A stretch of 60,696 nt of DNA, filler included. It is 5 parts of 5 records of this genome, joined end to end, with 100 filler letters (N's around TTAATTAATTAA, not from the genome) between each part and the next. Parts side by side here need not be neighbours in the genome. Positions count along the whole stretch, not along the records: positions 1 to 25,891 come from SRR31156797_4073; 4 more parts are not named here. The stretch is one strand, 5' to 3'. The notes beneath the pieces are model-generated. The model was not told the origin of the DNA and made no database searches. It saw only the letters and a list, made by a program, of their open reading frames with translations. How positions within the stretch are numbered: the stretch's first letter is position 1; each line of letters opens with the position of its first letter. The position numbers and the translations under genes are program-made. Shown here in pieces: positions 1-10,167 of the stretch.

Positions 1-62
1 AAACACTAAGTGAGAGGATGTGCTGAATACATATTGAAGATCAGTTATGCACCTGTGCTCAC

Positions 63-85
63 TTGTTGATATTTATTCTCAACAA
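63..85. promoter_or_regulatory. Fur-family (Fur/Zur)-like operator palindrome upstream of metal-binding protein gene
   Basis: TTGTTGA-TATTTATTC-TCAACAA inverted repeat. Core TGATATTTATTCTCA is 2 mismatches from the Fur 7-1-7 box TGATAATnATTATCA and lies upstream of a ZnuA-type gene. Confidence 0.4.
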
Positions 86-156
86 AGACTTGCATTTCCG
101 ACATATGTCAGTTACCTTCACGTTATAGATTCTACTTATTTTATTTGGAGCTTAAT

Positions 157-1065
157 ATGCGTTTATTAATCATGACACTAATAGTCACCCTCGCATCTAT
201 ACCCGCACTTGCGAAACCCGCTGTATTTGTCAGCATCCTCCCTCAGAAATACTTTGTTGAAAAGATCGCCGGCGATAAGGTAGATACATATGTAATGGTA
301 ATGCCGGGAGCTAGCCCCGCTACATATGAGCCGAAACCGAAACAGATGGTCGCTCTCTCAAAAGTAGAGGCTTACATGTCTATAGGTGTACCTTTTGAAA
401 AGACTTGGCTCCCAAAGCTGCGTAAGCTGAATAAGACAATGTTGATGGTTGCTACCGACAAAGGGATACATAAGCGGTCAATGGCAAAACATGTCCACGA
501 AGATGAATACGGAGATCACAAAGAACATGCGGATAAACATGATGACCATGACGACCACGATAAAGAGCACTCAGGGATAAAAGATCCGCACATTTGGCTC
601 GACCCTATCCTTGTAAAGACTCAGGCGGACACAATTACTAACACCCTATGCTCGATAGACGTTGCGAACTGCAACTATTATAAGAGTAACAACGTAAAGT
701 TTCATAATGAGCTCGACGAGATCAACAGCAAGCTGAAAGAGATATTCAAAGGTAAGCACGAAATACACTTCATGGTTTTCCATCCGTCATGGGGCTACCT
801 AGCTGAAAGATACCATTTAGAGCAGATACCTGTGGAGCTTGAAGGGAAAGAACCTAAACCGTCAGAGCTGAAAGCATTTATAAAAACAGTTAAAAAACTC
901 CACCTGAATGCGATCTTTGTGCAGCCGCAATTTTCAAAAAAGGCAGCAAAGCTCATAGCGCAGGAGACTGGTGCGAAGGTTGTAGTTGTTAACCCTCTCT
1001 CCGAAGACTGGGCGAACAACCTAATTTACGCCGCAGAGCTTATTGCTCAAGAAAATAAAATGTAA
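157..1065 (+). CDS. znuA: Zn/Mn ABC transporter substrate-binding protein (cluster A-I) with His/Asp-rich loop
   Basis: Signal peptide, PGASPATYEP, His-rich loop (HKEHADKHDDHDDHDKEH), DPHIWLDP, FHPSWGY motifs. ATG at 157 follows GGAG. Confidence 0.85.
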   Translation: MRLLIMTLIVTLASIPALAKPAVFVSILPQKYFVEKIAGDKVDTYVMVMPGASPATYEPKPKQMVALSKVEAYMSIGVPFEKTWLPKLRKLNKTMLMVATDKGIHKRSMAKHVHEDEYGDHKEHADKHDDHDDHDKEHSGIKDPHIWLDPILVKTQADTITNTLCSIDVANCNYYKSNNVKFHNELDEINSKLKEIFKGKHEIHFMVFHPSWGYLAERYHLEQIPVELEGKEPKPSELKAFIKTVKKLHLNAIFVQPQFSKKAAKLIAQETGAKVVVVNPLSEDWANNLIYAAELIAQENKM

Positions 1066-1987
1066 CACCATTGTGCTCGGTTAGTGTCATAGTATCAGTA
1101 CCTATGATATCTATGACCTTTCCGGCATCTTGTTCACTCACTCCGAAAACGCTGGTAATATCGTCCATCGAACAGGGACGCATACTTAAAAGCCTTTTCA
1201 GCTGGGCAGAGTCTAGCTCGCCGCCGGAGAGCGACTTAATATAGTTGCTGGCTGGCTCAACGTTAATGCCCACTGACCTAAAATAGATCGCCGCCCCGAG
1301 AAGTTTCTCCTCAGACAGCGTCTTTGCTCTGCTGAAAGCTGGCGGACGGTGGACAGTATTAAGCTGAACTACATCGTATTTACACCTATTAATAACAGAG
1401 GCTATCTTCTCAAGCTCTTCCTCACTATCGTTCACCCCTTCGCAGAGGAGAACCTCAATGAGCATTCGACCGTTAAATTTATGGCTGAAATCAACCAAAG
1501 CCTCATTCACAGCATTAATATCAATTGACCTTTCCGGAGCACAGACCCTCCTGTAGGCTTCTTCGCTAACGGCATCGATGCTCGGTACAACAACATCAAG
1601 CTTCATCAGAGCATCACAAACGTCACTATCGGTCAAAAGTGTACTATTAGTCAGCACAGCCACAGGGTGTTCGCTGATCTTCTTAACCTCGTCTATTATA
1701 TACCCGAGGTCTGTATTAAGTGTCGGCTCACCTGCGCCAGTTATGGTCACTATATCCAGTCCATCTTTCAGCTCAGGATAAAACTGACTGAACTCATCTA
1801 CGATCGCATCCCTGTCGTCAAATTTACGCCTCTTAACCGTGCATTCTGTCGTTCGCCCCACCTCACAATAAATACAATTAAGCGTACATATCTTATGAGG
1901 AATAATATCTATACCGAGAGACCTGCCAAGCCTTCTAGAAGGGACAGGACCGAAAAGAAATTTAAATTTATCTGTATAAGCTTTCAT
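1040..1987 (-). CDS. Radical SAM protein of unknown function
   Basis: FGPVPSRRLGRSLGID N-terminus, CTLNCIYC (CxxxCxxC), GAGEPTL. ATG at 1987 with GGAG RBS. Confidence 0.85.
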   Translation of the reverse strand: MKAYTDKFKFLFGPVPSRRLGRSLGIDIIPHKICTLNCIYCEVGRTTECTVKRRKFDDRDAIVDEFSQFYPELKDGLDIVTITGAGEPTLNTDLGYIIDEVKKISEHPVAVLTNSTLLTDSDVCDALMKLDVVVPSIDAVSEEAYRRVCAPERSIDINAVNEALVDFSHKFNGRMLIEVLLCEGVNDSEEELEKIASVINRCKYDVVQLNTVHRPPAFSRAKTLSEEKLLGAAIYFRSVGINVEPASNYIKSLSGGELDSAQLKRLLSMRPCSMDDITSVFGVSEQDAGKVIDIIGTDTMTLTEHNGVTFYFLEQ

Positions 1988-2222
1988 GTTAACTCCGTTT
2001 TTTATAATAGACCTATACCTGCAAAAATCAATATCCATTGATGCGCCATTGCAAAGCGTGGGCAAACGTGTTCACGCTAACTATATTCCCTTGCGTTCGT
2101 TGAAAACATCTGGTTTAATTAATAAGAGCATGCGTGCAATAACCCCCTATTAAATTTCGCACTAATGTTTATAATGAGAGATCAAAGTTAGTAGAACGAC
2201 ATATACAACTGGAGGTTTTATA

Positions 2223-3320
2223 ATGAGCCTTAGAGAGATTCTCCAGAGCTACGATGTCAGCAGAAGAGATTTTATGAAGTATTGCACTGCACTTAGTGCT
2301 ACTCTCGCTCTTCCTCCTGCACTCGCTCCGCAGATAGCGGAAGCTCTCGAAAACGAAGACAAGAGACCACCCGTAATCTGGATGGAATTCCAATCCTGTT
2401 CAGGTGACTCAGAGGCGATCCTTCGCTCCGGCAGACCTAAAGTCGGCGACCTTATCCTTGATGTTATTTCACTCGACTATATGGAAGTCATCATGGCTGC
2501 TGCGGGACACCTCGCTGAGGAAGCGAAAGAGAACACCATGGAACACTACAAAGGTAAATACCTGCTCATCATCGAAGGTGCGATACCTCTCGCTGACGGC
2601 GGTGTTGACTGTTGTGTTGCTGGTGACACTGCTGTAAACCACCTTAAAAAAGCCGCAGAAGGCGCTGCTGCTGTTATCGCTGTCGGTAACTGTGCGAGCT
2701 ACGGCGGTATCCCTGCCGGTCACCCGAACCCGACCGGAGCTACAGGTGTTCAGAACGTTATCAGCGGTAAGCCGATCATCAACCTGCCCGGCTGCCCTGT
2801 GAACTGTGACAACCTCACAGCTCTCGTAGTACACTACCTTGTATTCGGCTCACTACCCGCCGTTGACAAGCATCTCCGCCCGAAATTCGCATACGGAAAG
2901 CGTATCCACGACAACTGCGAACGCAGAGGTCACTTCGATGCCGGACAGTATGTCGAGAAGTGGGGAGACGAAGGTCACCGTCAGGGCTGGTGTCTATATA
3001 AAATGGGCTGTAAAGGTCCTGAAACATTCCACAACTGCCCGACCCTCAGATTTAACGACGGTCTAAGCTGGCCTGTAATGGCTGGTCACGGTTGTGTCGG
3101 ATGTGCTGAGCCTGGTTTCATGGATACTATGGCTCCATTCTACCGCAGGCTTCCTGCTGTTCCTGGATTCGGTGTAGAATCAACAGCGACCAAGCTCGGT
3201 CTGAAGGTTCTCGGTGCTTCCGCTGCAGTATTCGGTGTACACGGAGTAATCAACCTCTTCCGCAACAAAGGTATAGTGAAAGAAGTTGAAAGTGAACACC
3301 TAGACAACAAGGAGAACTAA
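2223..3320 (+). CDS. hyaA: Group 1 [NiFe]-hydrogenase small subunit, Tat-exported, C-terminal membrane anchor
   Basis: SRRDFMK Tat motif, GNCASYGG, PGCP, IHDNC, GWCLYKMGCKGP, HGCVGC, hydrophobic C-terminal helix. Confidence 0.95.
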   Translation: MSLREILQSYDVSRRDFMKYCTALSATLALPPALAPQIAEALENEDKRPPVIWMEFQSCSGDSEAILRSGRPKVGDLILDVISLDYMEVIMAAAGHLAEEAKENTMEHYKGKYLLIIEGAIPLADGGVDCCVAGDTAVNHLKKAAEGAAAVIAVGNCASYGGIPAGHPNPTGATGVQNVISGKPIINLPGCPVNCDNLTALVVHYLVFGSLPAVDKHLRPKFAYGKRIHDNCERRGHFDAGQYVEKWGDEGHRQGWCLYKMGCKGPETFHNCPTLRFNDGLSWPVMAGHGCVGCAEPGFMDTMAPFYRRLPAVPGFGVESTATKLGLKVLGASAAVFGVHGVINLFRNKGIVKEVESEHLDNKEN

Positions 3321-3322
3321 TC

Positions 3323-5023
3323 ATGGCTGAAAGAATTGTAGTAGACCCTATCACCCGAATAGAAGGGCACTTAAGAATAGAAGCCAAGGTTGAAAACGGC
3401 AAGATTGTCGATGCATGGTCAAGCGGTACTATGTTCCGTGGAATCGAAAAGATTCTTCAGGGGCGTGACCCTCGTGATGCGTGGTACATAACCCAGAGAT
3501 TCTGCGGTGTCTGTACAACTGTTCACTCTATCGCATCCATCCGTGCCGTTGAAAACGCACTTGGCATAAAAGTTCCGTATAATGCGGAGATCATCAGAAA
3601 TATAATTATGGGTTCCCAGTACGTACAGGACCACGTGATACATTTCTATCACCTCCACGCACTCGACTGGGTAGATATCACAAGCGCACTCAAAGCTGAC
3701 CCTAAAAAGACAGCAGCACTGCAGCAATCCGTTTCCGACTGGAAATACAGCTCTGAGGACTACTTCAGAGGAGTACAGGAGAGAATAGCTGCATTCGCGA
3801 AAACAGGTCGTCTCGGACCTTTCGCTAACGCTTACTGGGGGCACTCAGCATATAAACTTCCGCCAGAGGCTAACCTTATGGCGACAGCTCACTACCTTCA
3901 GGCTCTTGAGCTTCAGAAGGAGATCATCAAGATTCACGCTGTTCTCGGTTCTAAAAACCCGCACCCGCAGACTTTCCTTGTGGGCGGTATGGCTATCCCT
4001 ATCGATCCGAACAGCCAGAATGCTATCAACGCTGACAAGATCGCTATGATGCTTGAGTACAACAAGCTCGCTAAAGAGTTCGTTGAAAAGGTTTACATCC
4101 CTGATGTACTCGCTGTTGCTCCATTCTATCTCGACTGGGCAGGCATAGGCGCAGGACACAAAAACTATATGTCTTACGGTGAATTCTCTGAAACTCAGAA
4201 AGGTCACCCGAACGATATGTGGCTCCCTGCCGGTATCATCAAAGGCGGAGACCTCTCTAATATCATTGAGGTTGATCAGTCTAAGATAGCTGAAGATTCC
4301 GCTCATTCATGGTATATGGATAAATCTGCTAAGCACCCTTACGATGGTTCCACAGATAAAAACTATACAGGTCCGAAACCTCCTTATAAATTCCTCGATG
4401 TTGAACAGGATTACTCCTATGTTAAAGCACCGAGATACGAAGGTGAGCCTATGGAAGTAGGTCCGCTCGCACGTATGCTTGTCGCTTACGCTAAGGGGCA
4501 TAAGGAAGTTAAGCCGGTAGTTGATCTTGTGCTAGGCAAGCTCGGCGTAGGTCCTGAGGTTCTATTCTCAACACTAGGACGTACTGCGGCAAGAGCTATC
4601 GAAACTCTCGTCACTGTCGGACGTGTGGACAAGTGGATTATGGATCTCGCTGCTAATATTAAAGGCGGAGATTATCAGACTCACGCTAATGAGAAGTGGG
4701 AGCCGTCAACATGGCCTGCAAATGCAAAGGGTTACGGCTGGCACGAAGCTCCTCGTGGTGCTCTCGGTCACTGGATCGTCATCGAAAACGGTGCAATCAA
4801 AAACTATCAGGCTGTTGTTCCGTCTACATGGAATGCCGGTCCTATGGATAAAGGCGACGTACACGGTCCTTACGAGCAGTCACTTATCGGTACTCCGATA
4901 GCTGACCCGGACAAGCCGCTGGAGATTCTGAGAACTATACACTCATTTGACCCATGCCTCGCCTGTGCGATACATCTTTACGATGAGAATAACAACCTCC
5001 GCTCAAAGGTAAAAGTTTTATAG
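3323..5023 (+). CDS. hyaB: Group 1 [NiFe]-hydrogenase large subunit
   Basis: DPITRIEGH, L1 RFCGVC, L2 FDPCLACAIH followed by a cleavable C-terminal extension. Confidence 0.97.
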   Translation: MAERIVVDPITRIEGHLRIEAKVENGKIVDAWSSGTMFRGIEKILQGRDPRDAWYITQRFCGVCTTVHSIASIRAVENALGIKVPYNAEIIRNIIMGSQYVQDHVIHFYHLHALDWVDITSALKADPKKTAALQQSVSDWKYSSEDYFRGVQERIAAFAKTGRLGPFANAYWGHSAYKLPPEANLMATAHYLQALELQKEIIKIHAVLGSKNPHPQTFLVGGMAIPIDPNSQNAINADKIAMMLEYNKLAKEFVEKVYIPDVLAVAPFYLDWAGIGAGHKNYMSYGEFSETQKGHPNDMWLPAGIIKGGDLSNIIEVDQSKIAEDSAHSWYMDKSAKHPYDGSTDKNYTGPKPPYKFLDVEQDYSYVKAPRYEGEPMEVGPLARMLVAYAKGHKEVKPVVDLVLGKLGVGPEVLFSTLGRTAARAIETLVTVGRVDKWIMDLAANIKGGDYQTHANEKWEPSTWPANAKGYGWHEAPRGALGHWIVIENGAIKNYQAVVPSTWNAGPMDKGDVHGPYEQSLIGTPIADPDKPLEILRTIHSFDPCLACAIHLYDENNNLRSKVKVL

Positions 5024-5063
5024 CACAAAAATGTGATCTATAAACTGTAATTCCAAACTATAC

Positions 5064-5103
5064 GCCTCCCGTTGGTCGGCTTACTTCCGGCGGGGGGCTT
5101 TTT
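5064..5103 (+). terminator. Intrinsic terminator after hydrogenase large subunit
   Basis: GCCTCCCGTTGG / CCGGCGGGGGGC stem (with G-U pairs) followed by a T run. Confidence 0.6.
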
Positions 5104-5121
5104 AATATTAAAGGTCAGATA

Positions 5122-5589
5122 ATGAATCTACTTGTTTTAGGTATCGGAAACCTTGTAATGAACGATGACGCCGCCGGAGTGCTTGTGGCACAGGACTTGG
5201 CTGAGAAGTACAATAATAAGCGTGAAGACCTCCTCGTTCTTGACGGTGGAACCCTCGGGCTTGACCTTCTAGGTTACATCGACTGGGCGGACAGGCTTGT
5301 GCTTGTTGACGCTGTGGAGCTTGACCTCGACCCGGGAACAGTCGTCAAGCTTGAAGGGGACGACATAGACGTAGCTTTCGAAAGCAAGCTCTCACCTCAT
5401 CAGATGGGGATGAAAGATATGCTCCTCACTGCTGAGCTTATGGGCGAGCGTCCGGAAGAGGTGGTATTTTACGGCATTCAGGCGGGCACAGTCCAGATGG
5501 AGATGGAGCTCTCTGAGCCTGTTAAAAATAATATGAAAAAGCTGACAGACCACGTCGAAGCGGAGATAACTGCCTTTCTAAGCTCCTGA
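5122..5589 (+). CDS. hyaD: Hydrogenase maturation endopeptidase (HyaD/HybD family)
   Basis: LVLGIGNLVMNDD, DGGTLG, VDAV, SPHQ motifs; follows the large subunit. Confidence 0.93.
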   Translation: MNLLVLGIGNLVMNDDAAGVLVAQDLAEKYNNKREDLLVLDGGTLGLDLLGYIDWADRLVLVDAVELDLDPGTVVKLEGDDIDVAFESKLSPHQMGMKDMLLTAELMGERPEEVVFYGIQAGTVQMEMELSEPVKNNMKKLTDHVEAEITAFLSS

Positions 5590-5646
5590 TTTGTAAAAAG
5601 ACTATCTTTGTGTTATCCTCACAGAAATAATTAACGGGGACTGTGA

Positions 5647-7179
5647 ATGAAACAATTAAGCTCTAAAGAAGCCTTTCAGCTTGCGATGAAGTACCACGAG
5701 AAGGGAGAGCTTGATAAAGCTGAACAGCTTTACACCTCAGTCCTTCAGGTTGACCTTCACCACGCAGACGCAAAACACTACCTCGGACTTATCTTTGCAT
5801 CAAAAGGAAACATCGACACGGCGATAGAATACATCCGTCAGGCGATTGAGCTGGACAGGACAAATGCTACTTACCACAATAATATAGGCGAGCTTTACCG
5901 CCAGATGGGACAGTTTGAACATGCACAGTTTCACCTCTCGTCCGCTGTTGAACTCTCGCCGGATTATGTAGACGCATTCACCAACCTCGGGCTTCTGTAC
6001 AAAGAGCTAGGCCGCATAGACGATGCTAAATTCTGCTTCGCAGAAGCTCTCCAGAAAGATCCTAGAAACACAGGCGCACTCATACACACCGGCAAGCTCT
6101 TCGCTTCACTAGGTGAATCTGATGACGCTATCCAGTGCTTCAACGCAGCCCTTGAGATATCTCCTGATAATCCGTCAACTCTCGCAAACATAGCAGCAGC
6201 CTACTATGAAATAGGCGAATATAATACATCAGCAAAATTCTACAGCAAACTTGTGGGCACACGCCCGCACCTGCATAACGATAAGGTAAATCTCGCACTC
6301 ATAACCCTGCGTAATAAAGACTTTCGAAAAGGGTGGCAGCTTTATGAATCACGCTTTAAAGTGCTCGGCACTATGGAAGGGATTGAGGATAACCTCTGGA
6401 GGGGAACATCCCTCAGCGGGAAAACACTTTATGTTTATAACGAAAAGCACGGGCTTTCAGGTTTTGGCGACACTCTCCTGTTTTCCAGATACGTCATCGA
6501 ACTTGAAAGGTTTGAACCGAAGCAGGTTATCTTCCGTGTACAGCCGGAGCTGGTTGAGCTTCTGAGTGCTAATATGCCTGAGTTCATACATGTAACTGCC
6601 GGAAACTGCGAAGGATACGATGTACACTCGCCTCTTCTCAGCCTTCCCCTTGTTCTGAACGCCAGAGCGAAAACCATCCCTCATTCCGAAGGATACATCA
6701 AGGCGGACGAAGAGAAAGTCGGGCAGTTTGCTGAAATAATGAATACTGATAAAAAGAAAGTAGGGATAGCATTTCAGACAAGCAGGCTCCATGTTAAGCA
6801 TGAGCAGCGCTCCATAGGTCAGGATGCGCTCGAATCCCTGTATAATAACGACAGCATTAAACTCTTCTACGTCAGTAAAGAGGAGCCAGATGAAGAGCTC
6901 AATCCTTCTGTCACAGACCTGAGCGGCAAGCTCGAAACCTTTGCAGAGACTGCGGCTATACTTGCGAATCTGGATCTTCTCATAACGGCAGACACATCAC
7001 TTGTCCACCTTGCTGGTGCGATGGGTGTAAAAACGGTACTGCTCATCAATCACCTCCACGACTGGCGCTGGTTTAACGCCAAAACCGGAAAGGCGAGCGA
7101 GTGGTATAGCAGTGTTACTTTCCACATTAAAGATAAGGACTCCACATGGCAGGATGTGGTATCATCTATAGACATCTGA
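5647..7179 (+). CDS. TPR-repeat protein with C-terminal glycosyltransferase family 9-like domain
   Basis: Multiple TPRs, then GWQLYESRF, GFGDTLLFSRY, LLSLP, DLLITADTSLVHLAGAMG, DWRW motifs. Confidence 0.85.
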   Translation: MKQLSSKEAFQLAMKYHEKGELDKAEQLYTSVLQVDLHHADAKHYLGLIFASKGNIDTAIEYIRQAIELDRTNATYHNNIGELYRQMGQFEHAQFHLSSAVELSPDYVDAFTNLGLLYKELGRIDDAKFCFAEALQKDPRNTGALIHTGKLFASLGESDDAIQCFNAALEISPDNPSTLANIAAAYYEIGEYNTSAKFYSKLVGTRPHLHNDKVNLALITLRNKDFRKGWQLYESRFKVLGTMEGIEDNLWRGTSLSGKTLYVYNEKHGLSGFGDTLLFSRYVIELERFEPKQVIFRVQPELVELLSANMPEFIHVTAGNCEGYDVHSPLLSLPLVLNARAKTIPHSEGYIKADEEKVGQFAEIMNTDKKKVGIAFQTSRLHVKHEQRSIGQDALESLYNNDSIKLFYVSKEEPDEELNPSVTDLSGKLETFAETAAILANLDLLITADTSLVHLAGAMGVKTVLLINHLHDWRWFNAKTGKASEWYSSVTFHIKDKDSTWQDVVSSIDI

Positions 7180-7198
7180 TTTACCAAGGAGGACTCCC

Positions 7199-8458
7199 TT
7201 GAGCAGCTTTCACTATATCGGCGATACACTTTACTGTGAAAACGTTTCCCTAAAACAGATCGCAGAAGAGGTTGGCACACCATTCTATGTGTATAGTTCT
7301 AAAGACCTCACATGCAATTACAAAGAATTTTATAGCGCTTTCAGCAACATAGACCGTATTATATGCTTTGCTGTCAAAGCTTGCGGAAATATAGCCATTC
7401 TCGCCCTACTCTCATCTGAGGGTTGCGGTGCTGATATCGTCTCTGGCGGTGAGCTACACAGAGCACTCAAAGCCGGAATGGATACAAGCAAAATAGTCTT
7501 TGCCGGAGTTGGAAAATCAAGAGAGGAGATCACCAGTGCGATTCAGGCTAACATACTTATGTTTAACGCTGAATCAAGACAGGAGATAGACCTTATCAAC
7601 GAATGCGCAGGTAAGCTGGGTAAACGTGCGAGAATAGCTATCAGGGTTAACCCCAACGTTGACGCTAAAACCCATCCTTATATATCAACCGGTCTTAAAC
7701 AGAATAAGTTCGGCATAGCATCAGATACCGTCAGGGAAGACTATAGGTATGCTAATTCACTAAAGAACCTTGATGTAGTGGGGATACACTGCCATATAGG
7801 CTCTCAGCTAACTGACATTACTCCTTTCCGTGACGCTACAGAGATACTTGTCAGGCTTATCAAAAGCCTCCGTAAAGACGGAATTAATATCAAGTTTCTT
7901 GACATTGGCGGCGGGCTGGGCGTTAAATACGAAAATGAAATCGCACCATCGAGAAGCGCATACGCAGAGACTATCTGCCACGCTTTGAAAGACGAAGACC
8001 TTACTCTCATCCTTGAGCCTGGGCGTAATATAGCGGCAGACGCAGGTGCCCTGATCACAAAAGTGTTATACACAAAGGACACAGAAGATAAGCATTTTAA
8101 GATTGTAGATGCGGCTATGAACGACCTTTCAAGACCATCCTTATATAATGCTTATCACGAGTTCAAAGCTGTGCATAAGACTGATAAAACTATCAAAGGC
8201 GATGTTGTCGGTCCTATATGCGAATCGAGCGACTTCCTTGCAAAAGATAGAAGCCTCCCGGATATTGACAGAGAAGAGCTTTATGCGATTATGTCTGCTG
8301 GTGCATACGGAATGACAATGGCATCAAACTATAATTCTCGCCCGAGAGTGCCGGAAATACTTGTAGATGGCGATAATTATCATATAGTAAGAAGACGTGA
8401 GATATATAATGACCTCACAGGACCGGAAATCGTACCTAAACATTTGAGGAAGAAATGA
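7199..8458 (+). CDS. lysA: Diaminopimelate decarboxylase
   Basis: TPFYVYS, FAVKA (PLP Lys), HCHIGSQ, EPGR, GPICESSD, GAYG..MASNYNSRPR. TTG start after AGGAGG. Confidence 0.97.
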   Translation: MSSFHYIGDTLYCENVSLKQIAEEVGTPFYVYSSKDLTCNYKEFYSAFSNIDRIICFAVKACGNIAILALLSSEGCGADIVSGGELHRALKAGMDTSKIVFAGVGKSREEITSAIQANILMFNAESRQEIDLINECAGKLGKRARIAIRVNPNVDAKTHPYISTGLKQNKFGIASDTVREDYRYANSLKNLDVVGIHCHIGSQLTDITPFRDATEILVRLIKSLRKDGINIKFLDIGGGLGVKYENEIAPSRSAYAETICHALKDEDLTLILEPGRNIAADAGALITKVLYTKDTEDKHFKIVDAAMNDLSRPSLYNAYHEFKAVHKTDKTIKGDVVGPICESSDFLAKDRSLPDIDREELYAIMSAGAYGMTMASNYNSRPRVPEILVDGDNYHIVRRREIYNDLTGPEIVPKHLRKK

Positions 8459-9267
8459 ACATACCATTTTACAAAATGAGCGGAGCCGGAAACGACTTCA
8501 TCTTTATAGATAACCGTGACGGGAAAGTGAACGGGATAGACAGGCAGACACTAATCACCAAGGCGTGCGCCAGAAACGTGTCCATCGGTGCTGACGGCAT
8601 GATGCTTATAGAAGATTCAGACAAAGCTGATTTCAAGTGGCGTTTTTATAACTGCGACGGCTCAGAGGCTGAGATGTGCGGAAACGGTGCAAGGTGCGCC
8701 GGACGCTTCGCCTACCTTAACGGTATCGCAGGTGAGAAAATGACCTTCGAAACCATCGCAGGCATCATCGAAGCAGAAATCAGAGAAGGGGTGAGCGTCA
8801 AAGTTCAGCTCACTGACCCTATCGACCGGAGAGATAACTATACTATCGAACTTGACGGTGAAACCCTCAATGTGGACAACATCAACACTGGTGTGCCCCA
8901 CGTTGTTATGTTCACCGACGACATAGAAGAGCTCGACATTATGAAATACGGCTCTGGCATTCGTTACCACGACGAATATAAGCCAGCCGGAACCAATGCA
9001 AACTTCTGCAAGATGCAGGACGACGGCATACTCAGGGTTCGTACATACGAGCGGGGGGTCGAAGGCGAAACTATGGCTTGCGGAACAGGATGTGTTGCAT
9101 GCGCCATATTCGCTGTTGATAAGAAACTCGCAAAAAGCCCTGTCACATGCAGGACTTCGAGTGGACTTCTCCTCACTGTATATCTTGAAAACGATAAAGT
9201 TTATCTTGAAGGTGAAGCGAGAGTAGTTTATAAAGGTGAACTGACCGAAGAGGCTATTAAATACTGA
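8455..9267 (+). CDS. dapF: Diaminopimelate epimerase
   Basis: GAGNDF, EMCGNGARC, NTGVPH, YERGVEGETMACGTG. Confidence 0.97.
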   Translation: MNIPFYKMSGAGNDFIFIDNRDGKVNGIDRQTLITKACARNVSIGADGMMLIEDSDKADFKWRFYNCDGSEAEMCGNGARCAGRFAYLNGIAGEKMTFETIAGIIEAEIREGVSVKVQLTDPIDRRDNYTIELDGETLNVDNINTGVPHVVMFTDDIEELDIMKYGSGIRYHDEYKPAGTNANFCKMQDDGILRVRTYERGVEGETMACGTGCVACAIFAVDKKLAKSPVTCRTSSGLLLTVYLENDKVYLEGEARVVYKGELTEEAIKY

Positions 9268-9294
9268 TAATTAGGGAATCGGAGGAATATACAT

Positions 9295-10167
9295 ATGTTT
9301 AACGGAAGCTACGTAGCTATCGTCACGCCATTTCAGGATGGCAAAGTAGACGAAAAGAGACTCAGAAATCTGGTTGACTACCAGATAGACAGAGGCACAG
9401 ACGGAATCGTTCCATGCGGAACATCAGGCGAATCAGCGACACTCACACACGACGAGCACTGTCAGGTTATCGATATCGTTATCGACCAGACAAAAGGCCG
9501 TGTTCCGGTTGTTGCCGGCGCAGGTTCAAATTCTACACATGAAACACTCTACCTCACAGAGCACGCTAAAAAAGCTGGTGCTGACGGTGCGCTTCTCATC
9601 ACTCCATACTATAATAAACCTTCTCAGGAAGGTCTTTACCAACACTATAAATATGTCGCTGAGAATGTTGATATTCCTATTATAATGTACAACGTTCCCG
9701 GACGTACAGCTTGCAATATGCTCCCGGATACTGCTATCAAACTCTCGAAGATACCTAACATAGTATCTATCAAGGAAGCTAGCGGTTCTATGGAGCAGGC
9801 TGCTGCTATCATCGACGGCACAGACGACGACTTCGGTCTTCTCGCTGGTGAGGATGCGCTCATCTACCCGCTCCTTACAATAGGCTCTAACGGTGTGATA
9901 TCCGCATCTGTTAACGCTTGCCCGCAGATGGTTGCAGATATGTATGATGCTTTTGTTGCCGGCGACAGTAAGAAAGCACTTGAGCTCCACTTTAAGCTCC
10001 TCCCGCTCTTCGATTCTTTCTTTATGGAGACAAATCCTGTCCCTGTTAAGAAGGCTCTTGAGCTTATGGGACTTATCGGACCGGAAGTAAGACTTCCACT
10101 CGTAGAGATGACACCGGAAGGAACAGCTAAGATGAAGGCTGTTATGGAGCAGGTCGGCATTTTATGA
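9295..10167 (+). CDS. dapA: 4-hydroxy-tetrahydrodipicolinate synthase
   Basis: AIVTPF, GTSGES, PYYNKP, YNVPGRT, IKEASG, ETNPVPVK. Confidence 0.97.
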   Translation: MFNGSYVAIVTPFQDGKVDEKRLRNLVDYQIDRGTDGIVPCGTSGESATLTHDEHCQVIDIVIDQTKGRVPVVAGAGSNSTHETLYLTEHAKKAGADGALLITPYYNKPSQEGLYQHYKYVAENVDIPIIMYNVPGRTACNMLPDTAIKLSKIPNIVSIKEASGSMEQAAAIIDGTDDDFGLLAGEDALIYPLLTIGSNGVISASVNACPQMVADMYDAFVAGDSKKALELHFKLLPLFDSFFMETNPVPVKKALELMGLIGPEVRLPLVEMTPEGTAKMKAVMEQVGIL

